The position numbers were made by a program, and so were the translations under genes. DNA of 64,000 nt, taken from positions 84,568,001-84,632,000 of the forward strand of contig OX597814.1 of NCBI GenBank assembly GCA_951406725.2, given 5' to 3'. This document shows positions 54,770 through 61,693 of the stretch, piece after piece. This stretch comes from Octopus vulgaris (Eukaryota). Below the pieces are notes generated by a model that saw only the letters and a program-made list of their open reading frames with translations, made no database searches and was not told where the DNA came from. Position 1 is the first letter of the stretch; every line of letters starts with the position of its first letter.

Positions 54770-57700
54770 AAGGGAAAGTTTACGAAAATAAACAAAAGAC
54801 GAAGGCAGGTGGTGTACAAACAAACAGATGTTTGTATAGCGCTCAGGAATAGAAAAAGTCTTTTACGTTTCGAGCCTATGCTCTTCGACAGAAAGATACA
54901 CAGAAAAAAACAAAGAGAGAAAAAAATGTGTGTAGTAGCTAACGATCTATCATGGTGTATGACTTCGGACAGAATGGTCAGACGGGAGAGGGGAAGTCGA
55001 GGAGATAACAAGGTCAAGATGACCTCCAATACGAAGGGGCCCCCAACACAAAGGTGCGTGTGTGTATAAGAGAGTATGTATGTGCGTGTGAAGGAGGGCT
55101 GGTGGTCTAGACGTGTGTGTGTATGTATGTGTGGGTGTGTGGGTAATGTGATGTGTGTATGTAATGTGTAGGTGTAAAGATGTGGGGATGGGTGTGTGGG
55201 TGGTGTGTTGTGATGTGATGTGTAATGTTGTATGGTGTAGTGTAGTGTGGTGTGGGGAGATGGGGGGAGGCATGTGATGTAGAATGTAGTGTGGTATGAT
55301 GTGGGGAGGTGGGGGAGGCGAGAGTGGGGAAAGCACAGGTGGGGTGTGGGTTCGGCTGGGGGTTAGGGTAGGTAGAGGGTGGGGTTAGAGGTGAGGTATG
55401 TGGAGGAGGGTGGGGGATGTGAAGGATAAGGAAGGTTGAGTAGGGGTGGGTGGGTGGGTTTATGGGGGAGGGGAAGGTGGGTATGTGAGGAGGAGAGAAG
55501 ATGGGGGAGGGGGAGAGAAGGAGAGTTAGGGAGCAGAGGGAAAAGAGGGGAAGAGAGTAGGGGTGAAAAGATGTAGGAGTGAAGAGAAGTAGGAGTCGGG
55601 GAAGAGGTTAGATGAAAGGGGGGGAGTTGAGCTCAAATATATACACTTTATTGTAATGTATATATAAGTAGTATGGAGGCGCAATGTCCCAGTGGTTAAG
55701 GCAGCGGACTCACGGTCGTAGGATCGCGGTTTCGATTCCCAGACCGGGCATTGTGAGTGTTTATTGAGCAAAAACACCTAAAAGCTCCACAAGGCTCCAG
55801 CAGGGAGTGGTGGTGAACCCTGCTGTACTCTTTCACCACAACTTTCTCTCACTGTTTCTTCCTGTTTCTGTTGTACCTGTATTTCAAAGGGCCAGCCTTG
55901 TCACACTCTGTGTCATGCTGAATCTCCCCGAGAACTACGTTAAGGGTACACTTGTCTGTGGAGTGCTCAGCCACTTGCACATTAATAAATGAGCTGCGAC
56001 GTCACTGGTGCCAAGCTGCATCGGCCTTTGCCTTTCCCTTGGATAACATTGTGGTGTGGAGAGGGGAGGCTGGTATGTGTGGGTGACTGCTGGTCTTCCA
56101 TAAACAACCTTGTCCAGACTTGTACCTCGGAGGGTAACTTTCTAGGTGCAATTCCATGGTCATTCATGAACGAAGGAGGTCACATATATAAGTAGCAACC
56201 ATAAATAATTTTCAATATGTGGTTGAGATGTTCATTTTCCAACTAGAAATTTTTTGAGCTCAATCTCACTGTAGGGTACCTCAGGCTATAGTTCCAAGCT
56301 GAACTAAGCCTTGTGAATGGATTTGGTAGATTGGAAACTGAAAGGATATGATTGTATCTGTTTACATCTGCAATCACTTGTACGGTGCAGTGAGCAGCAT
56401 TGTAATTGGTTTCTCCTGTCAGCATATCATCCAATCATTTTGTGCCTTCAAAGTTGTGTGGAATGTGAAATCCCTTAGTTGAAACACATGTAAGGGTTAG
56501 CATGAGGAAGGGCAGCTGGCTGTAAAACAATACCTCATATATGTTAAACCCATGTAAACATGGAAAACCACATATACACATGGGTAAGCCAGAGGACTCT
56601 GTCAAGCTCCAAAGCAGACAGTAAAGGTTGATGCAGTCCTTTGGCTTGCCAGCTCCTGTCACACTGTCCAACCTGTGCCAGTAAGAAAAACGGATGTTTA
56701 AATGATGCTGACACTGACTGTCAAGGACAAAATAAGCTTTTGAGAGGCCTAAATTTGCATATAGGTCCCAGGGTGATTTTATGAAGCATTTTTGGTGGGT
56801 GGCAGATGGAATGAATTGTCTTTTATAAATCATCAAATATGGTATGTATTTAAGCAGCTTAAAAAAAATCACCTAAATTTTGTTTTGTCTTTAATTTAGT
56901 GCCATCATGAAGTACCATAACTTGAAGATGAAAGAGATCAACAAAATCATCCGAGATCTTTGGAGAAACACATATAGAGGAAATGGTAAAAAATCCCATC
57001 TTAACTAACATGGAAGTAGTAGGGGGTGGATCATTGCTGCTGTTTTATATATTCTTTATCCTTCCTGCCTTCATTTAAATTCATTGTAAATTTTGATTGA
57101 CATGAGACTTTAAAATTAAATATAGCAAGTGAGTTTTAAATAGGGTTTTTCCAATCCCTTTAAAAACAATGTAAAAACAAACCAAAAAACACTAGAATGA
57201 ATTTCCATTACCCAGGCCTCAGTAGTGTAATTGGTGGAATTCTGGTTTAAGCACACCATATAACCCCTCAATATCCTTTTATAATAATAATAATGATAAT
57301 AATAATAATAACACTGAAAAATACCTTAGAAATGAGAACCCAGGTTCAAAATTTCCCCAAGACACCTGAAGAAGGCTGGCGGGTATATCAGCAGCAAACG
57401 TTGTGTTAACAACAAGATGAGGACAAATATCTGTACAATGTAAATAATGTAAATAGTTCCCTTTAATCTATTTACAGCTAGGTGGACTGGATCTGGTAGA
57501 GATAAGAGGTTTCTTTGCTATAGTTGGCGCAGTGTCACTGAGATAGTATGATTCATTAGCTCTAATACACATTATTTTCTTCCTCCAGCAATAGCAATCA
57601 TGATGCACTTCACCATACTATGCCAAGAATGTCTGTCTTATTCCAAGTTAGCTTTGGTGTTTTATTGATTTCATGTGTGTGTCTGCCAGTAACCTCAAAG

Positions 57701-60700
57701 TTGTCAAGTGGTCTTAGAATTTTATTCACAGCTTTCACAATTTTGCAAGTCCACTGGTTTAGACCTGGTACTTTATTTTATCGATCTCAGAAGAATGAAA
57801 AGCAAAGTAGATCTCAGTGGGGGTTGATCTCAAAATGGAAAGAAGAAGAAAAAAAACTGGAACAAATATTACAAAACATTTTGTCCAACACTTTAACAAT
57901 TCTCCTAATTTACTATTTCAAGTAATGATTTATTATAACTTATAATGGCTTTATAATCCATTTCAGATATAGAAACTATTGAGATCCGCTCTAGTGAGGA
58001 TGAAAGCGGAATCATGAAGAGTCGACGTAATTATAACTATCATGTGGTCATGATTAAAGGAGATGCAGTTATTGACATGAGGGGAAGATGCAGTGCAGGC
58101 CAGAAGGTGAATTGTTGTCTTTGTGATCTAAACAAAATACTGCCTGTAGATATATATTTTGTTTTTGTTTAAGGAAAAACTCCCAGTTTGCTATGTTAGT
58201 AGGACATTGACCTGCTGGCTAAATGATTAGTTATCAATTTTCAGTGAGAGTGTGTGTTTGTGTTCATGGCCAAGACATATTTTCAATGATTTAGTCTCCA
58301 CTTATTTCCTTGTTTAGTTTCTTAACATTAAGTTTTCTGTTATGTGTGTTATTGGTGTGTTGTGCTTGAAATTGCATCTAGTTTTTATCAGGTTGGTAAT
58401 TTCAGTAATGTAATTTTTATCATTATCTTTTATGTAGCCTTGTTGCTTATTTTGTATGAAGCATTTAAAAGGGTAAAGACCCCCTTTGATCATGAATGAC
58501 CTTGGGATTGCACCTAGAAAGTTACCCTCTGAGGCACAAGTCCAGGTAAGGTTGTTTATGGAAGACCATCAGTTACCTCCTCTCTCTTTGCCACTGATGT
58601 TATCCAAGGGAAAGGCAAAGGCCAATGCAGCTTGGCACCAGTGAAGTTGCAAGTCACTTCTACAGCTGAGTGAACTGAAGCAAAGTGAAATAAAGTGTCT
58701 TGCTCAAGAAGACAACGCACAGCCTTGTCTGAGAATCGAACTTACGACTTCATGATTGTGAGCCCAATGCTCTAACCACTGAGCCATGTTCCTTCACAAT
58801 TGAACATATGTTCTGTACTGTAGATGATTGCTATGTTGAATTCTTTGACATAGCTCCATTTTTCAGTGGAAGAAGTTCCATTGAGCTGATTTTGAAGTTT
58901 CTAAAAGTAGCTTCTAATGTGGATGTTGAAGGTTGGGAGCAGTTGCTGGAAAATGAATTGGTTTGGAAAGAAGTGAGATGCAGTAATTGTAATGTATTTG
59001 AAGCACAGTTGTAAAGTATTTGAAACAGATGCTCCATTTTGAAATGAGCTCTTTATAAGCAAGACTTGACTTCAATCCCAGACACTTTTTTTATCTGGAA
59101 ATGCTTGAAACATCTGCAGTATGATCTATTTCATGATGTTGTTTACTAATTAAAGAGAAGGCCATCTTTTGTAATGAAGTGGAAATCACTGTGTGTTTGT
59201 GTGCATGTGTGTGTGTGTGAGAGAGAGAGAGAGTGTGTGTATATCCTCTTCTATGTTAAGAGGCACAAGCACTTTCACACACATGTATACACATGACAGG
59301 AACTTTCTACAAAATTCAATGACAAGGCTTCAGTCAGCCTGAGGCTGTAGCAGAAGACACTTGCCCAAGGTGCCATGCTGTGTGACTGAACCTGAAACCA
59401 TGAGGTTGAGAAGCAAGCTTCCTAACCACACACACATGCACACACATATGGGTGTGTTTCTAAGCCTTAATCAATGAAAGCTGAATGCAAATTGTAAATG
59501 GTATATCTGCTTATTAAAACAAATTAATGGCTCTGATTTCACAACCCCACTGGAAGAGATTATTAAAACTTCTTGTAAACCACTCCTGAAGTTTATTTTT
59601 TGAGCAAAATTCTTAGAAAATCACAGAAATTTACTGACAATCCTAAAATATCTACAAATGAATGAAAACAGATTTATGATAGTTCAAAGTACTGTTGTGT
59701 GTGTGTGATGGATTCTCCTGTCAAAGACAACATATGAGTGTTCAACTTTTACCAAACAACCTGCACAATTTATTTGTTTATAGTGATTGAATGTTTGTGC
59801 CTCACATTAGCTCACTCTTTCTATCAAATCAATGTTGTCTGAAAAGGTGCATGGTGTCGAATTGATCACAGAGCAACATGAGATGAAGTGTTTTTCTCAA
59901 GAACACAATGCACCACTCAGTCTAGGAATTGAAATCAAGATCACTAGATCATGAGTGCAACACCTTAAACACTAAACCATGTACCCTCTCACACACACAC
60001 ATACACACATATTGATGAAAGTTCCATTAGCTTTAATATGCCATTGGATATGTTTACCTTTCCTTAATAAAATATATAGAAGGCTAGTCAATCTCTTGTA
60101 GTCCATTATTATTGAAGTTATTGACTATGACTAAAAATCCCAGGAAAAAAGTGTATGCAGGCAAAATGAATGAGTATACTGGGAATCAAACCTGTATTGT
60201 AGATTTGTCACACCAGGACCTTTGATATAAATCACTTCATTCATATTGCATCTCATAAAAGATTATCATTATTGCCCATTTTTTGTATTTCTAGGTTCTT
60301 GCTTCAATAGTAATCCGGTTGGCTCTGGCTGAGACATTCTGTATCAATTGTGGCATTCTTACTTTAGACGAACCTACAACTAATTTGGACCAAGAAAATA
60401 TTGAAAGTTTGGCTAATGCTTTGGTGGAGTATGTATAATATTTGTTATTGTACTTAAATTTATTGTTAGTTAGCCTTGAATTGATCGATTATTATAGTTA
60501 CATTTTAAACAAAGTGGAAACATGAAGATATACAACATAATTGTTATTGGCAGCCTTAGCTGGAGCTGTACAGATAGGGCTGACCTGAAGGCTTTTAGGT
60601 ATAAACACATGCCTCAAAATATTTTCATTCAACTCATTGAGTTCTGCCATCCCTCACTCATACTCACACATGTTCATCCATCAGAGCAACAAGTACCAGC

Positions 60701-61693
60701 TGGTCTTAAGGTTGACTGCTGGTGTGTATAGTCATCATCATCATCATCATTTAACATTTGCCTTCCATGGTGGCATGGGGTGGACAGTTTGACAGGAGCC
60801 TGCACCAGACTTCTGTGTCTGTTTTGGCAGGGTTTTTACTACTGGATGCCCTTTCTGATACCAACCACCCAGCAGAGTGGACTGAGTGCTTTTTACATGG
60901 CACAAGCACATAGTGACTTTTGTTTAAAATGAAGAATAGTTACACATCAACCTCCCTCTCTCATCCCCAACCATCTTCAATCCAGTGGCAAGACAAGGTC
61001 AAGACAAATGCAGTGGATGACCAAGATGTTTTACTTGCCTCATCTCACTCTCTGCATTCCACAATGTGTTGCTGCAGGTGCTTTCTCCATTGAACCAGGA
61101 AGGTTTCTTCCATCGGGTCTGTCACATCCAGTCTTCATATGCATAAGTAGGCAAGCCTGAACATGCTAATTAACCCATAACTGGGATTGTGACAAGTGCT
61201 ACTACTCCAGGTCAGAATAGACCTGGGAACAATAGTGGCTAAGACAAGGTTCTACACCCCTCAAGATCCTGGAACTCCCAAACCAGGGCCCTATTATCGG
61301 ATGTGGTTTAAAGTCACACCCAAGGCACACTAATGCATGCACACACACAAAACTGGCTTCTGGCATATGGTAGTTTTTGTCTACCATATTTCACTCATAA
61401 GGATTCAATTGATTCTAAGCTGTAGCAGAAGATGCTTTCTGAAGGTGCCACATTGAACCCAGAATCACCTGGTTGCAAAGTTTACTTCTTAACCTTACAG
61501 CCACATCCATACCTGCACCATTATAAAATTTCTTCTTTTTTTTTTCCTGTTTTCTTCCCCTTTCTAGTATCATCAAAAGCCGACAAGAACAACAAAATTT
61601 CCAGCTGGTAATTATTACCCATGATGAGAACTTTGTGCAGATACTTGGTCGTTTGGATGTTAAGGAATATTATCGAGTGAAAAAGAACGAGAA
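924..61693 (+). CDS. RAD50: RAD50 DNA repair ATPase (MRN complex), partial multi-exon gene, 32 exons in window
   Basis: Spliced translation is colinear with human RAD50 (approx. residues 220-1295): zinc hook [62 protein letters not shown]. All introns GT-AG with matching phases. Confidence 0.97.
1259..1479. mobile_element. piggyBac-like MITE; further copies at 4294-4513 (opposite orientation), 7439-7583 and partial ones near 14130-14270, 39175-39225, 42168-42370
   Basis: TIR CCCTTTAGCATT...AATGCTAAAGGG with TTAA-type flanks; shared internal sequence among copies. Confidence 0.8.
1955..2275. mobile_element. Tigger/pogo-like MITE
   Basis: TIR CAGTGGAACCTTG ... CAAGGTTCCACTG followed by TA. 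Confidence 0.78.
2851..2911 (+). CDS. RAD50: RAD50 exon 2 ([20 protein letters not shown])
   Basis: ttttcag/gtagg, phase 0-1. Confidence 0.88.
3752..3829 (+). CDS. RAD50: RAD50 exon 3 ([26 protein letters not shown])
   Basis: tttttag/gtaagt, phase 1-1. Confidence 0.88.
4294..4513. mobile_element. piggyBac-like MITE, inverted relative to the 1259-1479 copy
   Basis: TTAA-GCCTTTAGCATT ... AATGCTAAAAGG-TTAA. Confidence 0.82.
5653..5729 (+). CDS. RAD50: RAD50 exon 4 ([26 protein letters not shown])
   Basis: ttacag/gtaatc, phase 1-0; matches human GTDEQL..REKE. Confidence 0.9.
8116..8217 (+). CDS. RAD50: RAD50 exon 5 ([34 protein letters not shown])
   Basis: ttttcag/gtaagt; matches human QEKSELLVEQGRL. 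Confidence 0.93.
10181..10250 (+). CDS. RAD50: RAD50 exon 6 ([23 protein letters not shown])
   Basis: ttttag/gtgaga, phase 0-1; human EHIRARDSLIQSLATQ. Confidence 0.92.
11500..12320 (-). repeat. Head-to-tail cluster of about five decayed copies of the same SINE
   Basis: repeated ..ggtacttatttcattgacc..gaaagg..gaatttgaac..agaatgtaa.. units. Confidence 0.7.
12834..12934 (+). CDS. RAD50: RAD50 exon 7 ([34 protein letters not shown])
   Basis: tttcag/gtatgt, phase 1-0 bridges exons 6 and 8. Confidence 0.85.
14425..14529 (+). CDS. RAD50: RAD50 exon 8 ([35 protein letters not shown])
   Basis: aatag/gtgaga, phase 0-0; human DFAEKE..IDEIRDKK. Confidence 0.88.
14933..15198. mobile_element. hAT (Buster/Charlie-like) MITE inserted in a SINE
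   Basis: TIR CAGTGGTTCTCA..TGAGAACCACTG; degenerate 8-bp TSD acctaacc/gtctagct. Confidence 0.8.
16366..16467 (+). CDS. RAD50: RAD50 exon 9 ([34 protein letters not shown])
   Basis: ttccag/gtaagc; human YELQQLEGSSDR. Confidence 0.92.
16638..16932. repeat. Tandem repeat, unit about 110-118 bp, about 2.6 copies
   Basis: gatctaagatttaaggctcaaatatg..tttttt..tgtgt occurs three times. Confidence 0.88.
17619..17731 (+). CDS. RAD50: RAD50 exon 10 ([37 protein letters not shown])
   Basis: AAG acceptor (an in-frame alternative AG lies 6 nt downstream), gtatgt donor, phase 0-2; human NVETLK..EK. Confidence 0.85.
19348..19446 (+). CDS. RAD50: RAD50 exon 11 ([33 protein letters not shown])
   Basis: ttttcag/gtatga, phase 2-2; human [25 protein letters not shown]. 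Confidence 0.93.
21363..21612. mobile_element. hAT MITE
   Basis: TIR CAATGGTTCCCAAA..TTTGGGAACCACTG; perfect 8-bp TSD ATTTAAAC. Confidence 0.92.
22163..22249 (+). CDS. RAD50: RAD50 exon 12 ([29 protein letters not shown])
   Basis: ttattag/gtaaaa, phase 2-2; human KSRHSDELTSLLGYFP. Confidence 0.92.
23451..23850. repeat. 400-bp imperfect palindrome (fold-back element)
   Basis: left arm is the reverse complement of the right arm, centred on gcttattccatt-ct-aatagaataagc near 23653. Confidence 0.93.
24189..25468 (+). mobile_element. Full-length (1280 bp) mariner transposon, Hsmar1/cecropia-like
   Basis: TIRs CTAGGTTGTTCCGAAAATAATGGCTG / CAGCCATTATTTTCAGAACAACCTAA, flanked by TA on both sides. 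Confidence 0.95.
24369..25390 (+). pseudogene. Disrupted mariner transposase
   Basis: [27 protein letters not shown] (WVPHEL), [18 protein letters not shown], terminal YFD*; several frameshifts and stops. Confidence 0.93.
26648..26740 (+). CDS. RAD50: RAD50 exon 13 ([31 protein letters not shown])
   Basis: ctgcag/gtaagt, phase 2-2. Confidence 0.9.
27540..28006. mobile_element. Non-autonomous TIR element (Tc1/mariner-like), copy 1
   Basis: about 465 bp homologous to 49670-50509; ends resemble TA-CACTG(G/T)GTAACA..TGTTACCCAGTG-TA. Confidence 0.75.
28080..28114 (+). CDS. RAD50: RAD50 exon 14, 35-nt small exon ([12 protein letters not shown])
   Basis: atgcag/gtgagt, phase 2-1, needed to keep frame; human NELKRKEEQL. 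Confidence 0.9.
28801..28891 (+). CDS. RAD50: RAD50 exon 15 ([30 protein letters not shown])
   Basis: ctgcag/gtaaga, phase 1-2; human EDKLFDVCGSQDFESDL. Confidence 0.93.
29945..30080 (+). CDS. RAD50: RAD50 exon 16, zinc hook (CCPLC at 30018-30032)
   Basis: [46 protein letters not shown]; AAG acceptor, gtgagt donor. Confidence 0.96.
31390..31503 (+). CDS. RAD50: RAD50 exon 17 ([38 protein letters not shown])
   Basis: ttgtag/gtaagt; human LQSKLRLAPDKL. Confidence 0.94.
31745..32256 (+). mobile_element. RTE-clade LINE 3' remnant (Expander/Rex3-like)
   Basis: ORF 31879-32256: YGH..VMT..AEM..LR..DRV.S.EIR..V.P.LLQIERS.L..GHVVRM..PT.RRP..R..KW.D matches the RTE C-terminal pattern. Confidence 0.85.
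33957..34052 (+). CDS. RAD50: RAD50 exon 18 ([32 protein letters not shown])
   Basis: ttctag/gtttgt; human EIPELRNKLQNVN. Confidence 0.92.
34672..34825 (+). CDS. RAD50: RAD50 exon 19 ([51 protein letters not shown])
   Basis: ttatag/gtaagc, phase 0-1. Confidence 0.92.
35447..35744. repeat. Fold-back MITE-like inverted repeat
   Basis: GGGCGTTCTGTTAAAACAAACTT pairs with AAGTTTGTTCTAACAGAACTCCC, plus two inner paired blocks; spacer about 50 nt. Confidence 0.85.
35988..36051 (+). CDS. RAD50: RAD50 exon 20 ([21 protein letters not shown])
   Basis: AAG acceptor after a pyrimidine tract, gtaagt donor, phase 1-2; human DRTVQQVNQEK. Confidence 0.88.
37585..37786 (+). CDS. RAD50: RAD50 exon 21 ([14 protein letters not shown]...[17 protein letters not shown]...KASIK)
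   Basis: ggccag/gtagat, phase 2-0; human NELKSEKLQI. Confidence 0.94.
38223..38641. mobile_element. Two adjacent mariner-derived MITEs (38223-38439, 38462-38641)
   Basis: each bounded by GTGCTGAAAAGTTCCTGG..CCAG(G/A)AA(C/T)TTTTCA(G/C)CA TIRs with homologous interiors. Confidence 0.78.
39499..39528 (+). CDS. RAD50: RAD50 exon 22, 30-nt microexon ([10 protein letters not shown])
   Basis: tctttcag/gtaaat, phase 0-0; fills the gap matching human DAKEQVSPLE. Confidence 0.88.
39903..41123 (+). repeat. Inverted intragenic duplication, copy A (blocks 39903-40280 and 40753-41123)
   Basis: reverse-complement match to 50863-52107; the ORF track shows near-identical peptides on opposite strands. Confidence 0.93.
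41502..41779. mobile_element. hAT MITE (same family as 21363 and 63617)
   Basis: TIR CAGTGGTTCCCAAA..TTTGGGAACCACTG; degenerate TSD atatagag/atgtaaaa. Confidence 0.85.
42552..42632 (+). CDS. RAD50: RAD50 exon 23 ([27 protein letters not shown])
   Basis: AAG acceptor after a long T tract, gtgagt donor, phase 0-0. Confidence 0.86.
43329..43390 (+). CDS. RAD50: RAD50 exon 24 ([20 protein letters not shown])
   Basis: ttttag/gtaagt, phase 0-2. Confidence 0.88.
43625..44232 (+). mobile_element. Young (GAT)n-tailed SINE-like repeat with an internal 149-bp tandem duplication (43809-43957, 43958-44106)
   Basis: GAGTGGTTGGCGTTAGGAAGGGCATCC..CCCATGCTAGCATGG..GTTAAACGATGATGAT; near-identical relatives at 20117-20440 (-) and 46184-46435 (-), many older copies. 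Confidence 0.85.
45527..45674 (+). CDS. RAD50: RAD50 exon 25 ([19 protein letters not shown]...IRKELSKEK)
   Basis: atttag acceptor, weak AAG/gttgtt donor, phase 2-0; human NYIQDGK..DIDTQK. Confidence 0.87.
46433..46858. repeat. Tandem duplication of a SINE half plus (TA)n
   Basis: cacagccactcctgcacc(ta)n cacacaatgggtttcttttcag... at 46433 and 46631. Confidence 0.88.
47759..47932 (+). CDS. RAD50: RAD50 exon 26 ([22 protein letters not shown]...QEKLDRE)
   Basis: catcag/gttagt, phase 0-0; human ERWLQDNLTLR. Confidence 0.92.
48446..48675 (+). mobile_element. SINE family with GAGCTGGCAGAA head and GCCTTTCATCCTTT..GTCGATAAAATAAGTACCAG core; copies at 5820 (-), 9737, 13300 (-), 26003, 43000, 48163
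   Basis: recurrent homologous sequence with a B-box-like GAGTTCAAATTC. Confidence 0.82.
48864..49230 (+). mobile_element. tRNA-head SINE family (GGCTGTGTGGTAAG..GGTTCAGTCCC); many copies, e.g. 2332, 10330-10690 (-), 37107-37490, 52048-52370, 53460, 59300 (-), 62710 (-)
   Basis: recurrent head plus internal microsatellite plus ..GACTGAAACAAGTAAAAGA tail. Confidence 0.85.
49670..50509. mobile_element. Non-autonomous TIR element, copy 2, interrupted by the hAT MITE
   Basis: colinear with 27540-28006 once 49902-50282 is removed. Confidence 0.78.
49902..50274. mobile_element. hAT MITE nested in a Tc1-like MITE
   Basis: TIR CAATGTTTCTCAAC..GTTGAGAAACACTG; TSD GGTTAAGA/GGTTAAGG; empty site visible in the paralogous host near 27750. 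Confidence 0.92.
50546..50671 (+). CDS. RAD50: RAD50 exon 27 ([42 protein letters not shown])
   Basis: ctatag/gtaagt; human ALGRQKGY..FRDAEEKY. Confidence 0.94.
50863..52107 (-). repeat. Inverted intragenic duplication, copy B (blocks 50863-51233 and 51787-52107)
   Basis: see copy A. Confidence 0.93.
54592..54644 (+). CDS. RAD50: RAD50 exon 28 ([17 protein letters not shown])
   Basis: ttttcag/gtgagt, phase 0-2; human TTELVNKDLDIYYKTLD. Confidence 0.95.
54727..54764. repeat. (TG)n microsatellite; others: (TA)n about 2498-2527, 23898-23930, 46453-46482, 46651-46688; (CA)n about 26565-26601, 47432-47464
   Basis: directly visible. Confidence 0.95.
54765..55635 (-). mobile_element. Penelope-like non-autonomous element fragment with low-complexity body
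   Basis: CpG-retaining insert, compositionally unlike the host intron, with a minimal hammerhead motif near its 3' end; no RT or GIY-YIG ORF seen. Confidence 0.6.
54859..54896 (-). ncRNA. Minimal type I hammerhead ribozyme motif (variant core)
   Basis: minus strand UCUUU-CUGUCGA-A-GAGC-AUAG-GCUC-GAAAC-GUA-AAAGA: stem I 5 bp, stem II 4 bp, palindromic ACGU stem III. Confidence 0.72.
55675..56180 (+). mobile_element. Relatively young tRNA-derived SINE; older relatives at about 8535-8825 (-), 9445-9595, 53600-53920, 58480-58795 (-)
   Basis: A-box TGTCCCAGTGG and B-box GTTTCGATTCC followed by a repeated body; CpGs retained. Confidence 0.82.
56900..56985 (+). CDS. RAD50: RAD50 exon 29 ([29 protein letters not shown])
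   Basis: atttag/gtaaaa; highly conserved motif. Confidence 0.97.
57282..57455 (+). mobile_element. Penelope-like terminal fragment with a degenerate hammerhead motif (57361-57407)
   Basis: (AAT)n, then GACAC-CUGAAGA-AG-GCUG..CAGC-AGCAAAC-GUU-GUGUU, then a tgtaaataa repeat tail. Confidence 0.58.
57967..58106 (+). CDS. RAD50: RAD50 exon 30, ABC signature (DIETIEIRS...[28 protein letters not shown])
   Basis: tttcag/gtgaat; CSAGQ signature motif. Confidence 0.98.
58810..59130 (+). mobile_element. Possible decayed RTE-type LINE C-terminal remnant
   Basis: [31 protein letters not shown] resembles the RTE-type 'ID...WE.LA.DR..WR..V..G...FE' pattern. Confidence 0.45.
60295..60428 (+). CDS. RAD50: RAD50 exon 31, Walker B/D-loop ([44 protein letters not shown])
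   Basis: ttctag/gtatgt. Confidence 0.98.
61568..61693 (+). CDS. RAD50: RAD50 exon 32, His-switch ([42 protein letters not shown])
   Basis: ttctag/gtaagt; no stop, so a terminal exon must follow (not located). Confidence 0.97.

Noticed and set aside
55355-55395. Interstitial telomeric array
   Set aside because: Only isolated GGTTAG words in a G-rich tract; no tandem TTAGGG array.
55675-55750. Possible tRNA gene
   Set aside because: A and B boxes run straight into a repeated SINE body; no full acceptor stem or terminator.
61593-61631. Further A-to-G-revertible codons in exon 32 (CAA to CGA before NFQL; AAC to GAC in THDENF)
   Set aside because: These positions vary among eukaryotic RAD50s, and the AAC adenosine has a disfavoured 5' G; too weak to stand alone.
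924-61693. U12-type or non-GT-AG introns
   Set aside because: All inferred donors are GT without the ATCCTT signature, and all acceptors are AG.
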